A DNA stretch of 64,000 nt from positions 23,934,001 to 23,998,000 of the forward strand of contig NW_024704742.1 of the NCBI RefSeq assembly GCF_018977255.1, in the 5' to 3' direction. A program made the translations under genes and the position numbers. Shown here in pieces: positions 52,101 through 63,639 of this stretch. Position 1 is the first letter of the stretch; the number at the start of each line of letters is the position of its first letter. Origin of the DNA: Callorhinchus milii (Eukaryota). The notes beneath the pieces were generated by a model that was not told the origin of the DNA, made no database searches, and saw only the letters and a program-made list of their open reading frames with translations.

Positions 52101-55029
52101 CTAGATATCAAAGAAACAACACAGAAGTTTAGTGAGATTTTAGTGAAGGTCCAAATGCTAATATTCAACACATTTAACACTGGAGTTGGAAGGACAGTCT
52201 TAGTTTTGTGAAACATAAGCAGATTTCCAGTCCTGGGGCTCAGTGTGACACAGGAGAGCATTATTTTATAAGTAACCGGGAATCAAAGTGTCAGTTGGGA
52301 AAAGACTTTGAAACGGAATAAGAGTATTGCGGAGTAGGACAAGCTTTGCAATTCATGTTGCGCTTAGATTTAAGAAATCCGTGAAGTCCACAGGCATAAA
52401 GAGTTGGGTGTGTACAGAGACAATTAGCAAAGAGGGAGTGCCATTTCTTTATTCTTTGTCCACTTCATGGCTGTTTAGAGGTTGTTACTGTATGCAAACT
52501 GCCTGCTGCTTCCGCGTATAAATACACAGTTGCTACACTTCACACCAAGTAATGTAGGCCACTTTATGTTGCTTCCCAAGTCACTGGGGTCTGCTACCTA
52601 TTGTATAAATTGTTATAGGTGGAATTGCAGTTGTCCTTAATTATATACTGAACAAGCCGAGAATCTTGTGAAGCACTTTGAGATATTTCAACAAAGTGAA
52701 AAGGTGCAATATCAAATGCACTATTATTAAATAATTACCTTTTCAATGCTTGTTAGGTACATAATTGAGGAAAGGGGGGGGGGGAAGGACATCTTAAAGC
52801 ACTTTGTAAGGATTAACTGTAAAGTGTAGTGACTCTGTACTTTGTAGGCGAATTTAACGAGGTAAGAATGTCACTTTCATTACTAGAACAGGCGAGGCAA
52901 TAACATGGCGTTCTCGGAATAGTGCCCCAGCAGAAGGGGCTGATAAAAGGAGTCCTGCACTTTCAGAACAGGGGGAAGGGATCAAATTGCTTTAAGAAAA
53001 CACAAATAGGCTGAATTTTTTTTTAAAAGACAGCGCAATGCCAGCATGAAGGATTATAGCTGCATTACCTAATGTCAAAACCCCCAAAGTCTCTGGGGGA
53101 AGGGGAAAGTTATTGTGCCAGTCAGTGAGAAGGCCAATATTTCCCTAACGCATCCCTTACATTATTGTGCAGATTTCCAGCAACAGTGGCCATGGAGGAT
53201 GACACAGAATAAAGAAAAATACTTGGCTATTATTTAACCTCTGGTGTATTTTCTTATACTTATTTTTGTATTTGTCCTGTTCCATGTGATTTTTTTTTAA
53301 GTGTGTATTTCTTTATCTCCATTTCCTTTCCACTTTTGAAACAATTTTTTTTTCATGGTTTTGTCCCAGAACTCGTCATAGTACAAAATATTTATTAAAC
53401 TCGGTGTAATTTCATTGGGGTTCACAGTCAAGGCAATTCTAACATTTTAGCAAATTCTTCCATCTGATCAGTTGTCTGAATTTCTAAGAACATTTTTAGT
53501 CTGTCAGAAAGATTCTAATGAGGCTAATAACCAACCAAAGTAATCCTCTCCATCCGTGGATTATTGACATAAAAGTAGAATGGCAGAAGATTCATTTTTC
53601 CTCCTGGAACAGGTCACAAATTTAATCAATTTATCCTTCTGTATCTCTGGCTTACTGTGTGCTCATGTTTTATGCACAGTAGTCAAATCTTTAAGAGACA
53701 GATTTTAAAATGACCTTTATAGCCTCCATCTCAAACCAATCCAAATCTAATCTAGTCTCATTTTGAGACTAGATTTCTCTCATGAAGCTCCACGTAAAAA
53801 TATAGACACCCACATGAATTGCACAACTTATTTTCTTTGGTATGACATTGTGACTATTTTGAAAATGACGAGGGTTTTATTCCTGGTTTGAAAAAGGAAT
53901 AATTTTGCCCTAATCATTTCCCTCCGCTTTCCTCTCTGTAGCTCCAGTTATTTGGAAGTATCTGAGTCATGGACTTCTGATGGTTAACTTCCATGCAGCT
54001 TAGCTTCCTGACTGACAAGAAATCATTGCCACAGCTCTGATGACCTCTTTGCATAATTTTAAGATGATGGTGTGCTCCAGTAAATTTAGTTGCTTGGCTG
54101 AGAAAGCGATAAAACCTCACAATAGGATGAGAGTAAATATAAGCTCATGTTTTTTTATTCTGATCCTTTGGCTTGAAATTCCAAGATCCAAAGTTAAGAG
54201 GATGCTTATTTTCATTTCTTATTATTTACTAAGTTTATCATCTGAATCAGTCCTAGTGTACTGAGATCACTAGTTGATTTCAAGTTTTATGTGAAATTAA
54301 AACATTCTAAGAAGATCATTGCAGACTTAACGTAACATCTTACTTAAGATTAAAAAACAAGGATACAGATCCACTACAGACCAATTTTGTGCACGAATGT
54401 GTAAACAGCAGAATGTGTAAAATAAATTGAAGATGAGGATCTGGACAGATCCACAAACTCACAATTGTGCCATTTCACACAATCCATGTGAGAATACTGA
54501 TGGTCAGGTCTTTTTAGAAAATCATTAAACCTGTGTTTCCAAGAACATTTTAGAGGATACTGTTTTTAAGTGAGTCTTACAGAATCAAAACCAATCATTA
54601 CAAAGGATTGAGAATAACCATGAATACCATAGTTTTGACTGAGGTCGTCTTTTCTATTCAGATCCCTTAGGATCCATGTTCCCATGGCACCAGGCTTTTA
54701 TTTACTGTAGGAATAGAAAGCATTTGTGGCCCAGACTACAAGGTGCATCTGACATGCCTGATCTGCTGTTACCTGGAATGGGACTGTGTGTAGATGGAAA
54801 ATTAGCAAAACAATGATACTGACAGTTGGTTGGGTGAGATAATGAAGATACCCTTTTCGAAAACAAATTCCCAAATCCCAAAGGTATGTCCACCCACTGG
54901 TATCTTGAGTTCTCCACACCCACTCAATTTCAAAACTTCTGTTCAACACAAACATTCTGTTCTGAATAAACATGCTTGAAATGTTAACCTAACTTTTCCC
55001 TTCAGATTTCATCAACTAGTTGGCATTTC

Positions 55030-55540
55030 CTGGGGAATGGTCGTTGGAATAACCAAATTTGGATGTGATGAAGGTGTGGATGAGGGCTTCAGCATCCTGG
55101 AACAAAAGGTAGTGGCAGAGATGCAGTGGAAATGAGAGAAAGTCGAGGCAGTGAGTGCCCAGATGGAGAGATTGAACGACGAACAAAACATTGAAGTCCT
55201 ATGCGGGCTCTGAGGTGGAGTGAACATTTGTGCAGGTTGTTGTGGTCAGTGCCCGAGGTGAGAAGGCGAAAGGAGGCAAGCAGGAAAGCCTCGGTCTTGT
55301 TGACATTGAACTGCAAAAAGATTGAATTCATTCAGAAACAAGAAAAGGACAGAACCGTGGAGGTAGACCGGGGCGGAGAGATGGTGGAGAAGGACAGGCT
55401 GGTCAATAGTGTTTATGGTGGCAGAAAGGAGAACAAGGCAACGGGAGAACCAGTCGCAGATGGAAAGAATGTTATTGGTGATTAACCAGGGCAGAATATG
55501 GATTAAAGGACGTGAAGAGGGAGCAGTGGGAGAAGACACC
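55030..55540 (-). mobile_element. Degenerate L2 ORF2 fragment in an FBXW7 intron
   Basis: LVLLSATINTIDQPVLLHHL and FLQFNVNKTEAFL motifs; shares GCCTCGGTCTTGTTGAC.TT.AACTG with ~44227-44252. Confidence 0.75.
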
Positions 55541-56666
55541 CTCCTGTACCTGGCCCGATTATGTGAATCTTGGCAAGTAATTCAATGGCCAGCCAAGCTG
55601 ATCCCATCTTTCCCAAACGCATTGCACAGAAATCCTAACATGGCCACTTCCAGGTTATAAAGTACCCACCTAATCGTACCTACTCAGAAAGCCAGCATAT
55701 AAAAAAATAAATTAAAATGACTTCTTTATGAGTGTCCACTTCTACTCTGAATTCATTTGAATGTCCTTTCAAGGACAATGTTTTTGTTTTTGCCCTTTTT
55801 CTCCCTCTTCTCCTGTAGGTGCTGACTCATGCGTAGATAAATAATCCTTACATCTGATATTTGATACAATGCCTTTTACGTCAGGAGAATGTCTCAAAGC
55901 ACTTCTTGGAATATACTGTAAAACGTAGTGGCTGGATTTTGTAGGTAAGCAAGACGGTTCCAAGGACCCTGATTATTCCCTGCTGTGCAGCATCTCAAAT
56001 AAAATTGCACAGAACTGTAAAACTGCTTCAAGCACGTGAATTTGAATGCAGCAAACAAATTTACTAAGATGGTTTGGAGTGCATTCAGAAAATAAGGGTC
56101 TGTGTTGCACATCACAAAAACAGCTTCACCAAATGACAGGAAATAGAGACGTGCTATACAGAATACTGCATTTGCCCTGAATCTTATCCTGTGTCATCAG
56201 GGAGCAGTTTGTTTTTGATAATTGCTTGAAGCCTGGCTCCATTGAAGCAATAGAGACACGGTACATTGTTTTACCTCAGATGTCAGCTTCGTTATCAGCA
56301 AAGGCAGGGGAGGACAATTTTCAAGTCAACCCAGAAACAAATATCTCAATGCAAATAAAGCCTACTATTCTTTAAAAATCTGTGTAGAGTCGCAAGAACA
56401 CAGAAACCTATTTAAAGGCATTCATAAGAATGCATCAACTCTTGACCGCCAGTACTTTTGTGCTCCTAAGACACATGAAAATAGCATGCTACAGGACTGG
56501 CAAATGTTATCCTTTATTAAATCTGTTGTTAACCAATGCAGTCGAAAACAAAGCATGTGTAGCAACCAAATACAGATACAGGTGTTTTGTGACATGGGCA
56601 CGACCCACCTTCAGGATGCCTCCATGCAATGACTCTACCAGATTATGCCAGGAAAATGCTTCTCAC

Positions 56667-56808
56667 CTGAAAAGTTCTCAGCCAGTCCTGGAGTTCTGGA
56701 GGAGGCTGGACCGATGTGATCCGGCGCCGCTGCTGCCCTTGCCCATTTGCAGCTCTCAGGTCCCCAAAGGTGGTTGGTGTTGCTGAACATGGAACTAGCC
56801 CTGGCGTG
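56667..56808 (-). CDS. FBXW7: FBXW7 exon 3 (TPGLVPCSATPTTFGDLRAANGQGQQRRRITSVQPPPELQDWLRTFQ)
   Basis: 142 nt; CAGCAG acceptor; donor CAG|GTGAGA. Confidence 0.95.
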
Positions 56809-59356
56809 CTGCTGACAAAAGGTGGAATAAGTCAAATACAAACTTTCACTACATGAACTGTTAACATTCACAAGTCGATGACCACTGCCACCTGGGACAA
56901 GTGGATCTTGGGAGTTGTAGAAGACAAAGTCTAATTCTTTGCTTCATTTTCACATATGAAACAAAAGCTGCTCGCTTTCATACGGCAGAAAAATCAAAGA
57001 GCATTGCTTCCATGATCAGTTGTCGTTCAATACGCCTTGAAGCCTTTAGGATTATGTGGTACTAAGAAATGGTGGAATGCAATTCAATCCTTAACAATAT
57101 CGAATTCCTATCTCATTTTGAGAAATCACCAAGCAAAATCCACAAGGGTATGGGGGAAGGGAATCAGAATGATGTCAGAAAGAATTGTCTCTGGATCACT
57201 GTTGGATGCTTCTGGTAGCTGTTTAGAGCATCACTGATGGAGGTTTCAGACCAGGGGCAAGATGAGCGTCTGTAATGCAGGAAAAAATATTCTGATGGCA
57301 AATATCTTATAAAGTAATACCCACAAATCCAATCTGACAACTGCATCAACTGAACAGCAGGTGAACTGATAGGATGCAATTGATCATAACACTACATTTC
57401 CAACAGTAGCTGTCAAGTGAATATAGTCTCAATACTAAAGATGTAAACAAGACAAAAATATTTTGTTTTAAAAAGTTATTTTCTGATGGGAACATATGGC
57501 TCTATAGAAATCTAGGTTATTTTGGAATAAAGTGTCAAGACACAGATCATAACTGTGAGTTAGTAAAAATTGATAATTGATTTAAAAAAATCAGAATGCT
57601 GAAAACTCATTTTCGTTCCTAGAATTGAATTGGAACAGTTCAGCAGCCTTCCCACTACAAATCACAATGTCAAAGTCTTTAAAATCATCTCTAGGTCTTC
57701 TCCGATGTACTCAGATGTCTTACAAATTATAAGGATCCTTTGAGCGTGCTTAGTCAAGCATGCTCTCTGCAGCTCTGATCAGCGTGATGACCAGCAGTGA
57801 AGGGGTGGAGCAGCTCAGAACAGTCATCACACCCACATCCGAGCAAGCCTGTCAGCTATTCTGATGGAGAATCCTGCTGAATACACATACTGTGATTAAA
57901 GTGAACTGCCTTAATCTAGTTTTTAATAACATGATACACAAGGGGTGTGCATGGCTGTGAGGGCACATTCTTCAGTGAACTACTCTACAGTACTTACAGA
58001 CACACCAATCTGAAGTTATGTTCCAGAGCACCATGGGGCAAGCATGAGAAACATGCAAATATCAACCAGGCTACTTAAAATTTGCTTTTTGAGTAGCCTT
58101 TTGGGTAGTGCATTAACTTGATTCTTTAAACTGGACCAATGCAAATGGGTTTGAAACTGTTTTCAGTTTATATTCAAAATTGCCTTTTTTTTGTGCAAAA
58201 AAAATAGATAAACAGCATTACAAGTTTTGCCCACAAAATACAGTCACTATAATTTACAGTACATCTTGTGAAGTACTTTGAGATATCAGTGATGTGATAA
58301 GGTGCTATATTAAATGCAAGGATTATCATTATACCAAAGAAAAAAATGGATTTAAGCAGCTGGAAATTATCAAAAATAGCCTTCCTTAACAGCTTCCAAA
58401 AATTGGTATTTTGTTAATATACTGTACTAAATCTCGGTTATAACTTATCACATTTACAGCTCGTTACACTAAATGGATAGAATGTGTTTACGCAGTGCCA
58501 CACATCACAGAATGTTATGTCACTGTACAAGAAATCCAAATTTTGTTTTTATTCAACACTAGGCAATTCAAAGAAACATTTTCGGGGGTGGGGAAGAGAA
58601 TTTAAATAAAAGACTGATAATCACAAAATGCAAGAAAAACAGTCATATGAATGAATCAAAAAGGAACATGGCATGGTAACTCACGAAGGTCCCACACATC
58701 CATTTTGTGCTGCAATATCATATCTTGCCAATGCTGCTCTGCCACGTATTGAGCGTTCAATTAATGCTTTACAGTGAAGTGTCTTATCTTTAAGTACATG
58801 GCAGCTGAGGACATGGTTGATGATAATGTTAACACTTTAGCAAATCATTTTTTTTGCCAATAATGAAACCTTTATTACGAACTATGGAAACAGAAGCGAT
58901 GAAAACAATTTCCCATGAGGCCTGGTCTCAAGTCTATCAGTTAGGATCAGTTGCCATGTCAGTGGTAGCTGCTTGTTAACTGATGTGAAGGATTCTACCC
59001 TGTGGCCTGCACTGCCAGATTATAATTGGACAAAAATTAGTCCGATTTCCATGCTCAGGATTCTATGCCAAAAATCTGCCACTTTTCAGCCCTCTGTATA
59101 TGCCAACAAGAAGCACAGACAAAGTGCGAGACTGAGGGAATAATAACAAGCAAACAAATAATTGGGCTACGTACTTATTTGTGTCAATGAGAAAAAAATC
59201 CTCTTTAAGACTCAAAGCTGTCATGAGATTCTGTCCAATTCACCCCCCCCCCCCCCACCATCCGCACCCAAACAGGAAACATTGTAATTTACATAGCAGG
59301 ATGGAAAACCTTCTTCTGGCCTGAAATAACTATTGCCTCTAAAATGTTGGTTTTAC

Positions 59357-59439
59357 CTTTTGTACTCTGAGCCTTTGCAAGGTTTCTTCCCTGAAGAGAA
59401 AGACCGGACCTCGGGGCCAGGGTCCAATTTTCTCTTCAT
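59357..59439 (-). CDS. FBXW7: FBXW7 shared exon 2 (MKRKLDPGPEVRSFSSGKKPCKGSEYK-S)
   Basis: 83 nt; polypyrimidine tract + CAG acceptor; donor AG|GTAAAA. Confidence 0.95.
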
Positions 59440-61284
59440 CTGAAAAGAGAAAAAAAACAAAAGATCACTTTTTAAAAAAAATAACATTGATCTTTGATTT
59501 ATATACACAACCAAAGTTCATTCCTAGCTAAATCTTTGTAGCAGCAAATAAATCTAAGCTGATTTGGAGTTTAGGTGGTATCATACTAACTGGTTTCATA
59601 AGCAGTAGCTACTCCTGCTGCATACTAAGCAAACCATCTTTTGCGTGGATTAAGTGTTTGAGAACCATGGTAGCATTTCTGAAAATATTCATTGATGTTT
59701 TTATATTCATTGATACTAAAATACATGTGGACATGACTGTTTTTTTGCATCTACTGCCTTTACAGTTCTATTCATAACAGCTTCAGCATTGCATATCATA
59801 CTTGTACGTATTACATGATTAACATCAAAGCTGGTCCTTCAAAGAAAAATCATTACTCATAGGATCAGATAAAACAGCGGGCAACCTGAGAAACTGGACT
59901 GAATAAATTATTTTCATGGATTTTTTGCATATTAAACTAAGGAAAATTTTATTTTAGATATTTTACAAGTAAAGCACACTATTTAGCACCCAGTGTAAAT
60001 GCAAACATCTAAACATGCAGTGCATCTCATCTCAAGTAACATCGATCTGGAAAAAAGTTTCAAGCAGATTCATAAAAAGTCACAGTTAAATATTAATACT
60101 ATACTGTACAGATCTAGGCTCAAAAACACAATTGTAAAATAACCATATTTTTAAAATACACAATCAAGAGATTCTATAGCTGAGCCCCGCTGTTCAGTAC
60201 ATCTCAGGAACTGAAAGCTTTATTATTAAAGGATTTGTAATGTTTAAAATGGGTTTAATTGAGCATCTAACGTGTCAGTTTTCCAGTATAAATTAACTTA
60301 CTGAATTAGTTCTGCTTTTTCTCATTGACTCACAAAAATGCTAAGATAACCTTTAGTGGATCATATTGTACCCTGAGAATCTAAGCCAAGATAAAGCGGT
60401 CTTTATGGAAATTTACTGTATTCAATAATTTTATACCCACACCTGATGTCAGATCAAGTCATATATGATACGAAGACAGATTCAAATGTCAGTACGGCAG
60501 CAAATCATTCCATCAACCCAAAGCGGAATATATATGACAGTGTCAGCCAAAATACCATTATTTTGGATCATCAGTAAGATGGATCACATTACTATAGAAT
60601 ATTAAATATCCCGGTCATTTACATTCCTTTGTCTAAGAGCCTTGTAATGTTTAGCCTCTGCCTCTTAATCTTATCAGGAGTACTGTTAATTTCAATGATC
60701 ATAATCAAGAGGTGGGGGGGGGGGAGGGAAAAGTGGTAGAAGTGGCCATTGCAATCATGGATTTTACATAGCAAAATGTATTGACGTTGCTGGGACGTTG
60801 GGACCACCCTAATTAAAATCCAGCGAGCGAATTTCTGCAGCAGAAACATCTATTTGGTAGTTGATAACCCTCTGTAACGTATGCACCGAATGGGGACAGC
60901 TTAGAAATGCTTTCTGCTTCTGCGATCCGAGTGACCCTTTGGGGGGAGGGGGGGGGGGGGGGGGGTCCTGGTGCACTGTTGTTACAGGGAGACCCCGGAG
61001 TGAATTCTCTCCCCCTCTCTACACTCCAGATGAGACTAAATCTAATCGGCAGCGTGTGTCTGGTGGAGCTTTACACCGAGCAAAGACGTGGGTGCCATTC
61101 ATTTCTGAGGACAACAAGGGTGGAGAGTGATTTCACCAGCATCCTCTCCAACCCCCCCCCACCCCCCCACTGCCCCAAACTGTCGTGGAATCTAACCCCT
61201 GTTATTTGCTGAGCTGCGACACATTTTTGGGAGCTGCTGTGATTGCCGATCAACCTGTGGAGTCACAGGTTGATCAACTACAAC

Positions 61285-61383
61285 TGTTCTGTTCCGTGAA
61301 GCGCTTTGGGACGTCCTCCCGACGTGAAAAGCGCGATATCAAATGCAAGGATTATTATTATTATTATTATTATTATTACTACT
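61285..61383 (+). mobile_element. SINE family A 3' tail fragment with long (ATT)n
   Basis: GTGAAGCGCTTTGGGACGTCCTCCCGACGTGAAAAGCGCGATATCAAATGCAAGG(ATT)n. Confidence 0.85.
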
Positions 61384-61820
61384 TTAAGCGCACACTGCAG
61401 GCACCTCGACCACAGGGACACGAAGCCTCAGTCACACATTGGGGATGGAGGAGGGAGGAGGAGGAGGAAGAAAATCAACTGCATCATTTTGGTACAAGGT
61501 TAATGTCACTCTGGAACTACCATCATCACATCACACGCCTCTCTCTCTCTCTCTCTCTCCTCTCTCTCTATGTGATGTGCTTCTGCGCTCAAAAAATCGC
61601 CCCTTTTTGGGGGGGGAAAGGGGTGGGGGGGGTGTCCACTGTAGTGGAGATCGGCAAACCCGCGTCTATACATGTAACATAACAATAATAATAATAATAA
61701 TAAAACATAATCCATCCACGCACTCCTCTGCTGTGCTCTTAAACAAATTAAATTAGCCGCAGCCCCGAGCTAACAGGTAGCACTGAGCAAAACATGATCG
61801 TTTGGCTTCGGTTTCTAAAA

Positions 61821-62379
61821 CACACACAGTCACACACACACACACACAGACACACACACACACACAGACACACACACACAGACAGACACACACACAGACA
61901 CACACAGACACACACACACACACACACAGACACACACACACACAGACACACACACACACAGACACACACACACAGACAGACCCACACACAGACACACACA
62001 GACACAGACACACACACACACAGACACACACACACAGACAGACACACACACAGACACACACAGACACAGACACACACACACACAGACACACACACACAGA
62101 CACACACACACACACACAGACACACACACACACACACACACACAGACAGACACACACACACAGACACACACACACACAGACACACACACACACAGACAGA
62201 CAGACACACACACACACACACACACACAGAGACACACACAGACACACACACACAGAGACACACACACACCAGACACACACACACAGACAGACACACACAG
62301 ACACACACACACACACACAGACAGACACACACACACAGAGACACACAGACACACACACACACACAGAGACACAGACACA
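61821..62379. repeat. Long compound (CA)n/(CAGA) microsatellite
   Basis: ~560 bp seen directly; source of the spurious THTH/VCVC ORFs. Confidence 0.98.
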
Positions 62380-62640
62380 GCACCATGAGCAGGCAGCACA
62401 GTGAAGCCAGTGTTGCTGCGCTCGCCTCCCACATCGATCCACGGCATCAGAGCCCCTGAAAGCCACAGCAACCGGGGGGGGGGGGGGGGGGGGGGGGGGG
62501 TCTGATCCCATCTCACCCCATCTGAAAGTCCAGCTGAACCGAGGCAGCCCCGAGCCCCGAGCCCGAGCCCCGGGGGTGGGGGATAGGTGGGGGTTGCAAA
62601 TCGCCGCCCCCGGTGTCGGCGGCTGCGGGTGTGCACTTAC

Positions 62641-62679
62641 TTTAAAAAAGATCATTTTTAAAGTGCCGTAGAAGCCCAT
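62641..62679 (-). CDS. FBXW7: FBXW7 beta-type first exon, coding part ([13 protein letters not shown])
   Basis: Matches the C-terminal end of the FBXW7-beta-specific exon (human [13 protein letters not shown]); strong Kozak context AAGATGG; donor AAA|GTAAGT at 62640-62635; in-frame upstream TGA at 62791-62793. Confidence 0.9.
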
Positions 62680-62773
62680 CTTTCCCGCTGCGCTGCTCTC
62701 AGTTCCCCGCCCGCTCGGCTGATCGCTGCTGACAGTGGGTCCCTCCAGGTGAGTCCTGCGCCGGCCCCGCTGG

Positions 62774-62793
62774 GGACATGCTCGGGCACGTCA
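62774..62793. promoter_or_regulatory. Candidate p53 response element (GGACATGCTC GGGCACGTCA, no spacer)
   Basis: One perfect RRRCWWGYYY half-site plus an adjacent 8/10 half-site; FBXW7-beta is a known p53 target in mammals. Confidence 0.7.
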
Positions 62794-63052
62794 AGCAATC
62801 GGGGAGAGGAGGCGCCTGGTGTGTCCGCGCAGCCCCACAGACCCCCTCCGCCCTCACCCCCACAGCCCGGAGAGCCTCAGACAGTCATCCACCAGTGCTG
62901 CAGGGAGGGGAGGGAGAGGGGAGGGAGGGGAGGGAGGGGAGGAGGGGAGGGAGGGGGAGCCAGGAAACCCTGCCTCGCCAGAGTCTCCAATGAACAGATT
63001 CCTCTCTGTCTGGCAGATGGATCAAATTACACTGCACTCCACCCCCTGCCTT

Positions 63053-63182
63053 GTGTGTGAGTGTGTGTGTGATGTGTGTGTGTGATGTGAGTGTGTGTGT
63101 GATGTGAGTGTGTGTGTGATGTGAGTGTGTGTGTGTGATGTGAGTGTGTGTGTGTGATGTGAGTGTGAGTGTGTGTGTGTGT
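63053..63182. repeat. (GT)n microsatellite with periodic GAT/GAG interruptions
   Basis: Seen directly. Confidence 0.95.
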
Positions 63183-63639
63183 AAAAAACACAGCAATGGC
63201 ACAGTCCAGTTCCCAACAATGTGAGCTGCACATCAATTAGACGAACAAAGCCCCGGGGAGCAAAAGGGGTAACCAAACGGAGGAAGTAACACAGCCCCGA
63301 TTCGTACGATTTAATCCAACCCCCACCCCCCCACCACACACACACACACACACCCCTTAAAAGAAAAGTGCTTGTATGTTGCGTGCGGGAGGAATGTTTG
63401 GAATCGGTAAAGGGGACGTGAGATCTGGTCTCGTTCGTCAGAAGGCGACAAGAATTCCCCCCCTTTCCTCTTCTCTACGTTGCTTCTGATGCGGTTGAGA
63501 AGGAGACACTGCAAATGAAGGCTGTTTTTGTGTGTGTGTGTTGTGTGTGTGTGTGTGTGTTGCCTCTGTTGGTTCGAGCTTCTGATAGAATTGCATCTGC
63601 TTTGCTTCATTGCAAATAACAGGCAGGTGGTATGTATGT

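Larger units (their letters stand above)
40745..62900 (-). other. FBXW7: FBXW7 transcription unit (beta-type isoform); SCF E3 ligase substrate receptor with D-domain, F-box and WD40 repeats; 553 aa from the MGFYG start
   Basis: 11 exons splice into one ORF (39+83+142+135+124+137+114+182+226+211+269=1662 nt) with GT-AG boundaries and matching phases; peptide near-identical to vertebrate FBXW7. The 5' and 3' ends are approximate; alpha/gamma first exons were not seen in the window. Confidence 0.95.
62380..62900. promoter_or_regulatory. CpG island / promoter-first exon region of FBXW7-beta
   Basis: High GC and dense CpG against a CpG-poor background; surrounds the first exon. Confidence 0.75.

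Noticed and set aside
61022..61070. Second hammerhead-like layout (CAGATGA...GGCAG...GTC)
   Set aside because: Both catalytic boxes deviate from CUGANGA and GAAA; too degenerate to support
61748..62636. Long ORFs of 200-308 aa (VCVC/THTH-rich)
   Set aside because: Translations of the (CA)n microsatellite; only the first 13 codons of the 62679 ORF are real (FBXW7 first exon)
59440..62640. FBXW7 alpha or gamma first exons
   Set aside because: No matching peptide found; they probably lie beyond the window end
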